Source: a virus. From it: DNA of 64,000 nucleotides. This document shows, piece after piece, positions 17,561-26,387 of the stretch; position 1 is the first letter of the stretch; each line of letters starts with the position of its first letter. The stretch lies in the IMG/VR virus record IMGVR_UViG_3300036816_000007, positions 1 through 64,000 of that record; one strand, given 5' to 3'. The translations under genes and the position numbers were made by a program. The notes beneath the pieces are model-generated. The model saw only the letters and a program-made list of their open reading frames with translations, did no database searches and had not been told where the DNA came from.

Positions 17561-17880
17561 TACACGTTCACCTCCGTTAATGCGGGCTTACCGCCGAACC
17601 ACCGTTTTACGCTTATCGAAATGGGTGTGTACGTTATCGTCCGCATGTTTTCGTCGGTGTACGTAAGCCTGTCGGAGATATCAATGCGCGGAAGCTTATC
17701 GAACAGGAACGCGCCGACACTGGCGACTTCTTCTCCGCGGCTATTACGTACGAGTTTAACGCCTTCGGAAAAGCGGCATTTCGCTTCGTAATCGTCTCCG
17801 TAAATTGGTTCGTTGTAATCCGGATCATTGCCGAGAAAAGGCGATATAATGACGGTCTGACGCAGCGGAATAATCGCCAT
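17560..17880 (-). CDS. Putative head closure / head-tail adaptor protein
   Basis: Start at the ATG at 17880, overlapping the upstream stop (TAATG). 106 aa. Assignment is by synteny. Confidence 0.5.
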   Translation of the reverse strand: MAIIPLRQTVIISPFLGNDPDYNEPIYGDDYEAKCRFSEGVKLVRNSRGEEVASVGAFLFDKLPRIDISDRLTYTDENMRTITYTPISISVKRWFGGKPALTEVNV

Positions 17881-18266
17881 TACAGCGTCACCCACTTCGA
17901 CGTCTTGCGTCCGATCTTAACGCCATTTTCCGCGCCAATAATATCGAGAGCTGCGTCAGGAATCCACGCTTCCTCTCCGTTTTTCGCCCAGTCCTTAAAC
18001 GTAAAGTTAGCGACGCCGGTCACGCCGAACGACGCGATGCCGTGTTGCTGCAACCGGTTCGTGTCGTTAAACGCCGTTGCCAGAGCGTTAGCAAATTCGT
18101 ATACCGCTGCGTCAGGTATTGTATACTTCGGATATTTGTTCGTCAGCACGAACGATGCGCGCGTAACAATTCGTTGTTTTTTCGCGTCTTCTGCTTCCGC
18201 CCAGTCTTCGATATCGATACAATTCGCGTTGATATATTCGTCTGCGTCCGTTACTGTAATTGCCAT
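17880..18266 (-). CDS. Putative head-tail connector (gp6/gp15-like)
   Basis: 128 aa. Second gene downstream of the capsid gene (the third is 17560..17880). Assignment is by synteny only. Confidence 0.5.
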   Translation of the reverse strand: MAITVTDADEYINANCIDIEDWAEAEDAKKQRIVTRASFVLTNKYPKYTIPDAAVYEFANALATAFNDTNRLQQHGIASFGVTGVANFTFKDWAKNGEEAWIPDAALDIIGAENGVKIGRKTSKWVTL

Positions 18267-18281
18267 ACGTTACACCTCCGT

Positions 18282-18527
18282 TTATTTTGCGGAGGACGTA
18301 GCGCTAGCTTTGCGCGGTTTGGACGGAGCTTTAGCGGGCTTTTCTTCCGCGTCTACTTCGTTCACTTGCGCAGGTTCCTCCGGTTCATCTTCTCGCGTAA
18401 TCCATAGCGGAGCCAACGAGTCTAATAGCGCGATTTTCTCCGCGTCTTCCGTTTCATACGTTCCAAATGCCGTAAATTCAATGCCGCCGGAAATTACGTA
18501 ATGCGGCGCGGCTGTATACTTCGCCAC
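18282..18527 (-). CDS. Hypothetical protein with acidic/lysine-rich tail
   Basis: 81 aa, directly downstream of the capsid gene. Confidence 0.6.
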   Translation of the reverse strand: MAKYTAAPHYVISGGIEFTAFGTYETEDAEKIALLDSLAPLWITREDEPEEPAQVNEVDAEEKPAKAPSKPRKASATSSAK

Positions 18528-18583
18528 TTTGCGATCACCTCCGTTTATTAAGGGCGACCGAAGCCGCCCACGTTCTATTGCGA

Positions 18584-19702
18584 TTAGGATACGGTTGTGC
18601 TGATGTTTTCGAGGATCGCGATTTTCTCGCCGGCATTCTTAACGGTAACCCCGTACTCACCACGGATTTGACGAGCCACGAAGTCAGCGCCCGCAATGGA
18701 GGCGTCCATATCGTGTACCGCACGGCCATTCAGCGGGTCGATCGACAGGATGCTGCGGTCGAACATCGCGATTTTGTTTTTCGGGAAGTTTGGATCAACG
18801 ATGACTGTCGCGACAGAACCGCCTACGATATCAGACACGAACGTTTGGATCTTGTGACCAGTAGTCGTATCAGTGCGCTCGGTACGGATTGTGTCGCTAG
18901 CGAATTTCGAGATTTGACGCGCACCAGCGGTATTTGTCAAGATTGTATTTACGGAGCCTCCGCGTTGATACACTTTCTCCGCTAGGTTGTTCAGGAGAGT
19001 TGGCGTAATTTCTCCGCCTGCTGCGTTCTCTTTAGCCGCGCCTTTCTTATCAGCGAAGTACAACAGACCGCCTGTCATGCGCGGAGTTCCAGGCGCGCCA
19101 TCGATACGGCGGCCGTAGATCAACCAGTCGTTAAGCTCGCGTTGCAGCTCTTTCAGACGCAATTGAACTTGATAGTTCAACTCGTCATCAACGTTGTAGG
19201 TGCGGACAGCTTGTTGCGTTTTGGAAACTGCTGCATAGCGCTCGATGATTTGTGTAACGTTGTAATCCACGTAACGGTCGTGACCTTCGTCTACGCCGGG
19301 TAGTGCCCCTTCCAGTTGCGGACGCGCTACGATACGGATTTCGTCACCTGCGGCGATGTCCGCGGCAGTAGTTCCGTCGAATCCACGAACAACTGTGATA
19401 ACGTCGCCCGCAACAGCGGTGACTTTCAAATACTCTTCACCCGCAACAGCAACCGCATTAACGCGGAATTTCAAACCGTCCCCAATAGCGACAGTAATGG
19501 ATGTGGCGGATGCGGAAGCCACTGCGGCAGCTACCGCACGGTTAGAGTTTAGAGAGTCGGACATCCATTCAAACTTCGTTTGATAGAGCGGGGAACTTCC
19601 AAGCCCGATCAAACCGAGCAACGTCGGCTCATCATCGATGATAAGAGAAATACCTGCTTCGAGCTGGCGTACTTGGTCCTGGAATGAGTAAGTTTTCAAC
19701 AT
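18584..19702 (-). CDS. Major capsid protein (HK97 fold, SU10-like family)
   Basis: 372 aa. Follows the scaffold gene. N-terminal YQTKFEWMSDSL pattern. Confidence 0.8.
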   Translation of the reverse strand: MLKTYSFQDQVRQLEAGISLIIDDEPTLLGLIGLGSSPLYQTKFEWMSDSLNSNRAVAAAVASASATSITVAIGDGLKFRVNAVAVAGEEYLKVTAVAGDVITVVRGFDGTTAADIAAGDEIRIVARPQLEGALPGVDEGHDRYVDYNVTQIIERYAAVSKTQQAVRTYNVDDELNYQVQLRLKELQRELNDWLIYGRRIDGAPGTPRMTGGLLYFADKKGAAKENAAGGEITPTLLNNLAEKVYQRGGSVNTILTNTAGARQISKFASDTIRTERTDTTTGHKIQTFVSDIVGGSVATVIVDPNFPKNKIAMFDRSILSIDPLNGRAVHDMDASIAGADFVARQIRGEYGVTVKNAGEKIAILENISTTVS

Positions 19703-19741
19703 GTGATTGTTTCCTCCTTAAATTTGGGAAAAGTGGGCATA

Positions 19742-19773
19742 GAAAAAGGGCTTGGAATTTTTCCAAAGCCCTG
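19742..19773 (-). terminator. Hairpin plus T-run between scaffold and capsid genes (attenuator or stabiliser)
   Basis: Minus strand: AGGGCTTTGGaaaaattCCAAGCCCT followed by TTTTC. Confidence 0.5.
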
Positions 19774-19775
19774 AG

Positions 19776-20447
19776 TTACTTGCTTAATTTGTTTGACAGT
19801 TCGATTACCTTCGCGAAATCCTTCGACTTCTTCGCGTCACTCAATTGTTGCTCGATTGTTCTGCGTTCGTCATCCCCCGGATTATGCTTCGTATCACCGA
19901 TTGAACTCGGCTTCTTCGGAACATCCGCGAGATACGGTTTATTCGTTAACAGCGCCTTAACTGCGTCCGCTACGCCAACAGGATTATCGTTATCGTCAAC
20001 GCTGACTGACGTCAAGTTAGCGAGTATATACGCATCCTCTAGCGCATCGGCACGCACGTTCAATTCGCGAGCTACCACTTTGAACTCCGCTTTGATAAGG
20101 CGCTGGTTAGCGGCTGATAATGCGGCCTCTTTCGCCTGCTCTGCTTTCTGTGCGCGTTCTAGCGCTTCGGCCTTCTCGGCTTCGAGGCGTTCTGTGACAG
20201 ACAACTCCGCTCTCTTTCGCTCCTCTTCGGCCTTCTCATTTTCGGTAACTTTCGCCTTCAACTCTTCGTAATCCGCGTACTTACTTCGCTCTCTTTTCAG
20301 ACGGTCCGCGATCAAACGGTCAACTTCGTCCTGGTTAAACGCCTTTGGCTGCGGATCAGCCGGTGGATCTTGCGGAGTTGGTGCCGGATTCGGATCGTCT
20401 TCTTCTGCGAAAAGTTGCAAGTTCATCGGATACTTAACGTTTGTCAT
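19776..20447 (-). CDS. Capsid scaffolding protein
   Basis: MNLQLFAEE N-terminus and a long charged coiled coil, typical of the DUF4355-type scaffold. Confidence 0.85.
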   Translation of the reverse strand: MTNVKYPMNLQLFAEEDDPNPAPTPQDPPADPQPKAFNQDEVDRLIADRLKRERSKYADYEELKAKVTENEKAEEERKRAELSVTERLEAEKAEALERAQKAEQAKEAALSAANQRLIKAEFKVVARELNVRADALEDAYILANLTSVSVDDNDNPVGVADAVKALLTNKPYLADVPKKPSSIGDTKHNPGDDERRTIEQQLSDAKKSKDFAKVIELSNKLSK

Positions 20448-20527
20448 ATCAGTTCCTCCCGCGTTTAAGCGCCGCGTAGCGCATAGTATCCGTCAGTTTA
20501 ACGACGTATCGTAGGTCGTGCCCAACG

Positions 20528-22807
20528 TTACAGATTAACGCGGACAGATTTGCGGAAAATTCCGTAGCCATACGAAAATTCGACCCAAGTGACGCCGTTT
20601 GGAGTGGCGTATTGCGCCGATAAGTAGTAATCATCGTTACTCTTTTCCGTAACCGTTAGCTTTGCGAATGGGCCAGCGCTTGTCATGACGTCTACTTGGC
20701 CAGTTTCAGCTTTGGTAGGGTCGAAGTTTAAAGCCGCACGCAAGGTTACCGTTATGGTCGATCCTGCATGTACTGCACTGATCTCTATCTCGTCGCCAGC
20801 ATGATATGCGAGAGACGAGTTCCAGGCGGTGTTAAATGCAACCCAACCTTCCGTGTAACCTGCCGGAGCTTTCGGATTATACGGATAAGCGAACTCTTTC
20901 GGAGATCCGTCGATTACACCCACAACGTCCTGCAGAACGCCTGAGCCGCCGACATAAAATGTAGGCCAACCCTTATCTACGCCTTCGATTTCTTTTGGCC
21001 CGTCGTAGCTAAAGTGCATTCCCATCGGATTCCGTCCGAATGCGTTATCCAGTTGCGCAATACCGATTTCCTTGATGCGTGCTTCTTTTGCCGGATTACT
21101 GATTACGCGAGCCGCAGCGTATGCCGCCGAAAGGAATCCCGTAAGGTTGCCCGGTTCGTTATAGCGGATCATTCCGCCGGTCCACTGATCGGCTTTATAC
21201 TTCGTACCATCGTTCGGATCAGCGTATTTGCGCAGGTCCCAAAGGTTATTAGAGCGCGCAATCATAACGTCAACCCAACGGCTAATTTTCTCGCGAGTTC
21301 CATTCGGAGCTATTTCCGGATACTTTTCGAGCATATACGCTAAGCCTTGAATGGTTACGTACTCGCTCATACGCTGACCTTTCGTCATCGCCGGATCGTC
21401 TAAGTCTACGGATTCGACCAACCACTTCGCGTTGTTTACCGCCGCGTCCTTGTACTGTTGCGGATTAGCCAAGCCGTCACGTAGAGCCACCTCGTACATA
21501 AGCAGGTTCGGACGAATTGCGTAACCGGGCGGCTTTTCGCCTTTAATACCGCCTATGCTCGGTTGCACTTCGAGCAAGTTGTTATTTGTTGTCAACGTGT
21601 GAAATGCTGCTGTCTCGTACCAATGGTAGTTAGACTGTGGCTCTGCCCACACTTCCACCGCAAAGTCCCGTATCTTGGTGTAAAATGCCGCAGTGACATG
21701 CTGCTTAATATCCGGATATAGTGACAAGAAATACGGAAGCTGTGCCTTAATTAAAGCGTGGTGCTTCTTGCCTTGGTTCTTCCAAAGATCCCAATACCGC
21801 AGGACGCCAAATTTCATGAGCCAGATAATGTCGGGCTCGGTTTGCGTTCGCAGTTCTGTATATTGACTGGTCGCGAGGTTGCTGATCCCCTTTGTCATAC
21901 GTTCGTACGCGCTCGGATTAGCTTGGTACTGTTGCGTCAAACTCTCCAATTCAAACGAGAATTGATGACTATCGCGCCAAGCAACGCCATTCTGTCCAAC
22001 CAAAAACACATCGCTTCGAGACTGATCCATGAATCGGAGCGTTGGTCCTACGGAAATTCGCTGTGTCCAATACTTTCCGATGCTGAATATATACGACTTG
22101 ATGCCTGCGCACTCCATATAAAAATCACCGGAGCTCTGAAATGGCGTAAAGTCGGCGATTTGTCCTTGGACAGTTCCGTTAAAAACGGAAGTATCGTCAG
22201 GTTTCGTTTTAATAGCGAAAGGCGTACCGTCTGGAACATTCGTAACAGTAGCCCGCTTGGACTTGCGCGCATCGAATCCGGACTGATTCAGATAGATAGC
22301 TTGAGTCTCGGTATCCGTTATGCCTGCGCCCATCGGTTCCGGTCTGTCGCTAGGACTGAACTCGAACCTGATTTGTCCAGCTCTCGTATTGCCAACGTCC
22401 GCTTTTACAGCGACCGACATTACCGTACCCGCTTCGGCTGTTATCGTAGTGAGTTTGAACCATGTCCCACCGTTAATTCTCTGGTTTACAAACTTAACCC
22501 AAGTTCCGCCCAGTGATGTAATCGTATACTCTGCCTGCTCTGTATTTAAGTTACCAGACGGATACCAGGCGTAGACATTGTAAACACCAGTTTTGTCCGC
22601 GTAACGGCTCCACTCCGCTGTGTCCCCACGCGTAGATGAATAGGAAGTGCTTCCGGAATCAAATCCGGTCAAGCTACTCACTAGCCAATTTCCTGTTTCG
22701 CGATAGTTCGAGTCACTTCTGAAAATCTTGTAATCCCAATTCAATTGTCTACCGCGCTTCATACTCCTTACCGGGACCAAGTGTCGTGATGGTTTAATTC
22801 TGCTCAT
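20528..22807 (-). CDS. Glycoside-hydrolase-like protein: golvesin/CBM-like N-domain, Ig-like domain, (alpha/alpha)6 GH9-like barrel and C-terminal beta domain
   Basis: 759 aa, SD AAGGAGGG. GVYNVYAWYPSGNLNTEQAEYTI...NQRINGGTWFKL is golvesin-C-like. IYLNQSGFDARKSKRATV...GDFYMECAGIKSYIFSIG resembles the cellulase N-terminal Ig-like domain. WRDSHQFSF and YTEGWVAFNTAWNSSLAY are degenerate GH9-like motifs. Confidence 0.5.
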   Translation of the reverse strand: MSRIKPSRHLVPVRSMKRGRQLNWDYKIFRSDSNYRETGNWLVSSLTGFDSGSTSYSSTRGDTAEWSRYADKTGVYNVYAWYPSGNLNTEQAEYTITSLGGTWVKFVNQRINGGTWFKLTTITAEAGTVMSVAVKADVGNTRAGQIRFEFSPSDRPEPMGAGITDTETQAIYLNQSGFDARKSKRATVTNVPDGTPFAIKTKPDDTSVFNGTVQGQIADFTPFQSSGDFYMECAGIKSYIFSIGKYWTQRISVGPTLRFMDQSRSDVFLVGQNGVAWRDSHQFSFELESLTQQYQANPSAYERMTKGISNLATSQYTELRTQTEPDIIWLMKFGVLRYWDLWKNQGKKHHALIKAQLPYFLSLYPDIKQHVTAAFYTKIRDFAVEVWAEPQSNYHWYETAAFHTLTTNNNLLEVQPSIGGIKGEKPPGYAIRPNLLMYEVALRDGLANPQQYKDAAVNNAKWLVESVDLDDPAMTKGQRMSEYVTIQGLAYMLEKYPEIAPNGTREKISRWVDVMIARSNNLWDLRKYADPNDGTKYKADQWTGGMIRYNEPGNLTGFLSAAYAAARVISNPAKEARIKEIGIAQLDNAFGRNPMGMHFSYDGPKEIEGVDKGWPTFYVGGSGVLQDVVGVIDGSPKEFAYPYNPKAPAGYTEGWVAFNTAWNSSLAYHAGDEIEISAVHAGSTITVTLRAALNFDPTKAETGQVDVMTSAGPFAKLTVTEKSNDDYYLSAQYATPNGVTWVEFSYGYGIFRKSVRVNL

Positions 22808-22821
22808 ACCTCACGCCCTCC

Positions 22822-23418
22822 TTAGCGTTTAACTCCGATAAATCGTATGGTAATGCTTCCAGTCGTTGGCGCGGCAGATGCTTTATACGCGAGAGAAAAG
22901 GCGCCATCAATATTGAATCGAGTTTCAAAAAGATGATCAGGTGATTTCACTTTTTTAGTTCCTGCAGCGTTTGACTTCGGGGCCATCTCGTTCAGGAAGA
23001 ATACGCCACTATTTGCGGCCGCCTTCTTAGGAACGACCCAACTATACGCATCATCTGTCGCTACCGTAGTGGAAAATATCCCGATCGTGTCGTCTTCAAA
23101 TACAGCTGGAGCAGTGTTCCAAGGCACAACTCGCAAATCCTGATCTAGTCCGTTGAAAACTTGGATCACGTAGCGTTTGTACTTAAGCAAACTAGGCAAT
23201 GCAACTGTCTTGGCATTCCCGTCTCTAACTTGCTCGCTGGTTAGTAAAGTAATAATTTCGATCGGATCAGTCTCTGTGTTGGTGCCTGTACCTGTTGTTC
23301 CTCCTGCTTGTTTAACTGGAAGCATCTCTCCTGAGTTGATAAAATCTGCGCCTTGAATATCGACGGGCACAACAACTGAGCTGCCGGCTAGGGTCACACC
23401 ATTGTCTGTAATACGCAT
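22822..23418 (-). CDS. Hypothetical beta-rich protein
   Basis: 198 aa, tightly packed in the operon. No recognisable motif. Confidence 0.65.
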   Translation of the reverse strand: MRITDNGVTLAGSSVVVPVDIQGADFINSGEMLPVKQAGGTTGTGTNTETDPIEIITLLTSEQVRDGNAKTVALPSLLKYKRYVIQVFNGLDQDLRVVPWNTAPAVFEDDTIGIFSTTVATDDAYSWVVPKKAAANSGVFFLNEMAPKSNAAGTKKVKSPDHLFETRFNIDGAFSLAYKASAAPTTGSITIRFIGVKR

Positions 23419-23421
23419 CGA

Positions 23422-23685
23422 TTACCGCGCCTCCTTGCCGGCAACGATTTGGTAGAATCCAGATGCTACGATTTCAATCCGGTCAAAGGGGGCAAGCGAC
23501 CATTCGATACTTTGTCCGTCTTTCATCACGAAATTACTTACGATGACATACCTTTGGTTTTTCACTGTAAACGTTAAATCTGCGCCACTCTTGTTGTTAA
23601 GGAACAGCGCCGTAGCTGTCGTACCCAATTCCACCGTCTTATTCGTAGTCGCCGTAGTTGCCTCTATCACGCGTTTCTCTGCCAC
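23422..23685 (-). CDS. Hypothetical small beta-rich protein
   Basis: 87 aa. GTG start 7 nt after GGAGG. Confidence 0.6.
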   Translation of the reverse strand: MAEKRVIEATTATTNKTVELGTTATALFLNNKSGADLTFTVKNQRYVIVSNFVMKDGQSIEWSLAPFDRIEIVASGFYQIVAGKEAR

Positions 23686-24528
23686 CTAAATACCTCCTCC
23701 GATATTTTCCGGACTTCTTACCGGAGACAGTACGTGACGGCAACGTGGATGGAATATTTCGCGGCGAGGTAGGAAGCCAACGTACGGATACTCTCCAGGA
23801 GCGTCCGGAATTAATTTGACGATGCGCCCCTCCCATTGAGCACACGCATCGTTTGCGCCATGACTTGATATCCTGGCGTAAAAAGCGCCTCGTCCGATCG
23901 CTTCGTTCATCGTTGCGTCTCGGTGCGCGGCGTTAAGTTTCGTTCGTGTTACGGTATCGACGTATACTTCCGGCTTCCAGCGTCGTCCTGCTGCGTCTAT
24001 AATGCCGGTGTCCGTCGCTTGGCCGAGTGTCTTACGGATGCCCGCGAGTGTGTCCGCGTTTATCGTACGGCGACCGTTAATGCCTGACGCCATGTTAGCG
24101 CGGAAAGACTCTGCGGTAGCTTGGCGAACAGCCTGACGTACACGGCGGTCGATATTTTGCGTAACCGCAAGTAAATCCGCCTGCGTATCCGCGATTGCCG
24201 ACGCTACGAGCTCGCGGTTGATCCGGTTAAATTTAACGATCTTCTCCGCATCTGCCAACGTACTAGCGACGCCTAGTTCGACGATTGCCCGCGCTATTCC
24301 ATCCGTTGCTGCTTTCGGTACATACTCCGCAACCCAGGCGGCCGACTCCGCGTTCAGATCACGCAAAATAGCCGCAATCTCAGCGAGAGCGGCCTTTGCA
24401 TGTGCGCGTGATATGTCGGATACATCAAGGCGTGATAGTTCCGTGGCTATTGCCAGGATTCCGCGTTTATATGCGTTAACGAGACGGTTGATATCGCGGT
24501 CATAGTTCGGATCAGGAATCCGCGCCAT
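23686..24528 (-). CDS. Minor head protein (SPP1 gp7 / Mu F family)
   Basis: DAAGRRWKPEVYVDTVTRTK ... ISSHGANDACAQWEG ... FHPRCRHVLSP is characteristic of Phage_Mu_F. Confidence 0.85.
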   Translation of the reverse strand: MARIPDPNYDRDINRLVNAYKRGILAIATELSRLDVSDISRAHAKAALAEIAAILRDLNAESAAWVAEYVPKAATDGIARAIVELGVASTLADAEKIVKFNRINRELVASAIADTQADLLAVTQNIDRRVRQAVRQATAESFRANMASGINGRRTINADTLAGIRKTLGQATDTGIIDAAGRRWKPEVYVDTVTRTKLNAAHRDATMNEAIGRGAFYARISSHGANDACAQWEGRIVKLIPDAPGEYPYVGFLPRREIFHPRCRHVLSPVRSPENIGGGI

Positions 24529-26087
24529 TATACGATGACCTCGTTAAATATTTCGCTATCGACCGTTCCGTTAACGCGTTTCTCATCGTCGTCAATACGG
24601 CGTAGCATTTCTTCCGCAAGCTTATCGTCAACTCCGTCGAGGTATTTAACCGCGTCGCTAACGGACATTGTCGGTTTGGCTCCGGTTCGGATGCTCGCAA
24701 CCTCAGCGGCTTCTTTCTCATCACGCGGCAGTCCATCACGCCAGTTAATCCGCGGATAAATCGGCTCGTACGGTTCGAAGTCCGGAACACCATCATTTGC
24801 GTAGTTTTCGAGCTGCATCGCGGTCCAAATCGCCTCACGAAGCGCCTTATCAACATGTGCGCGTATCCGGTTGACTTTCGCCAGGATCGGCATGAACCGC
24901 GCTTTAATTGCACCGGAATCCGTATGTGAGGTACCGGTGCCCCCTTTATCCGCGGCAAGCGTAGTACCGAACAGCCATTGCGGCGTTTCGCTCATTTGAT
25001 AGACGAGGCCGAGAAGGACATCGAGTTCCTTAAATGCGCCGTCAAGCTGCGAATTCCACGTCATATACCCCGGCACTACGTCGTCTTTGCTGACTTCGAT
25101 GTACTTACCGCCAAAACGTACGGCATTCTCGTCGCTTTCATCAACTTCCGGTCCGTATGCAGTTGGGTCACTGTGCTTCCACAGAATGTAATCGATTTGT
25201 ACGAGTCGGTCGTTAATCGCGGCCAGCACGCTCTCAAGCTTCTCTATGCCGCTGATTCCTTCCCATCGGTCATCCACGCTCTTATACGGAATGTGATGTA
25301 CAAGTAAGCGGTCAGTTCCGGTCGGTACTACGTCTACATCGCGTCCGGTATCTACGGCATCGCCAATCGTAAATGTCGCAATTGGAACGCCCCACTGGTC
25401 GTTAACGCCTTTATCTTCGAGTTTAAAACGCTCATACAGGATGTATCCCGGTACATGACGCTCGACCACGAGGTATGGCGTATAGCTTCGATCAATTCCC
25501 GAGATAAATCGTACGATGCGTCCGTTCGGCTCTTCCACCCAATCGATCCATGCGATATTGAACGCTTTGAACTTCTTACGTGATCCGTTCGATAGCTCCG
25601 GGAAGACGATGTTCGCCGGTACCGCTTCAATAATTGGCTCAAGTTCCGTTTCTGGCGCAGGTAATCCGAGTGCTTCCGTCTCACTAACGTCTGCGCGCGT
25701 ACCGAAATACGTCTTGAGATACGAGTCGCCGCGGTAACCTCCGCCGATGACGAGCTCGTGTGTAGCTTGAACCAAATCGTTCTCCTCAACGATGGAATCA
25801 AGCCGTTCCTGCTCGCGGCTGCCTGCGCCTGTTCCGCTTTCAAACGTTGGCGGCTCACCGGTTAGTAGATCCGCGGGCTTCGTCAGCAAAATATCCATCA
25901 AGTTCACCGCGATAAATAACGTTTGGAGCTGCGGCGCGTGCGGAGTGTCTTGTAAAAGTGATGCCGCTCTGTCATAGATCTCAGGATGGCGACCGTCGAA
26001 GATGATGCGTCCACGTTTATATCGGGCCAGGCGTGGAATATCCTCCTCCGGCGGGTACTGCGATCCTGTCGTAAATATTCGTGCCAT
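24528..26087 (-). CDS. Portal protein
   Basis: ~519 aa, between terL and the Mu F-like gene. The ATG at 26087 follows GAGGAGGA. Confidence 0.85.
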   Translation of the reverse strand: MARIFTTGSQYPPEEDIPRLARYKRGRIIFDGRHPEIYDRAASLLQDTPHAPQLQTLFIAVNLMDILLTKPADLLTGEPPTFESGTGAGSREQERLDSIVEENDLVQATHELVIGGGYRGDSYLKTYFGTRADVSETEALGLPAPETELEPIIEAVPANIVFPELSNGSRKKFKAFNIAWIDWVEEPNGRIVRFISGIDRSYTPYLVVERHVPGYILYERFKLEDKGVNDQWGVPIATFTIGDAVDTGRDVDVVPTGTDRLLVHHIPYKSVDDRWEGISGIEKLESVLAAINDRLVQIDYILWKHSDPTAYGPEVDESDENAVRFGGKYIEVSKDDVVPGYMTWNSQLDGAFKELDVLLGLVYQMSETPQWLFGTTLAADKGGTGTSHTDSGAIKARFMPILAKVNRIRAHVDKALREAIWTAMQLENYANDGVPDFEPYEPIYPRINWRDGLPRDEKEAAEVASIRTGAKPTMSVSDAVKYLDGVDDKLAEEMLRRIDDDEKRVNGTVDSEIFNEVIV

Positions 26088-26370
26088 CAATGTCCTCCTC
26101 TCCGCTCAGTATTGCTCGAATTATTCCAACACGTTCCAATCGTTTTGGATCGACTTCGCCACGCAAATGCGCAGCAAGCTCAGACCAGAACAAAAAGCCC
26201 AGCGCGACCATACGGTGTTGGCGAGAGCCTGCGTTTAACGTTGCTAGATGCTCTCGTAAAGCCCGATTCTTCTGTGCTGAGAATGTTGCCCACTTGTCCG
26301 AGTCAGTTCGCTTCACCTGCGTCAGGTATTCGTTCTCTATCGACATCCAGTAGCTGGTTAAGTCAAACAT
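26017..26370 (-). CDS. Hypothetical protein overlapping the portal start by ~70 nt
   Basis: The ATG at 26370 follows GGGAGGAG. 117 aa. Confidence 0.5.
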   Translation of the reverse strand: MFDLTSYWMSIENEYLTQVKRTDSDKWATFSAQKNRALREHLATLNAGSRQHRMVALGFLFWSELAAHLRGEVDPKRLERVGIIRAILSGEEDIDGTNIYDRIAVPAGGGYSTPGPI

Positions 26371-26387
26371 AGCAATCGCTCCTCCCG

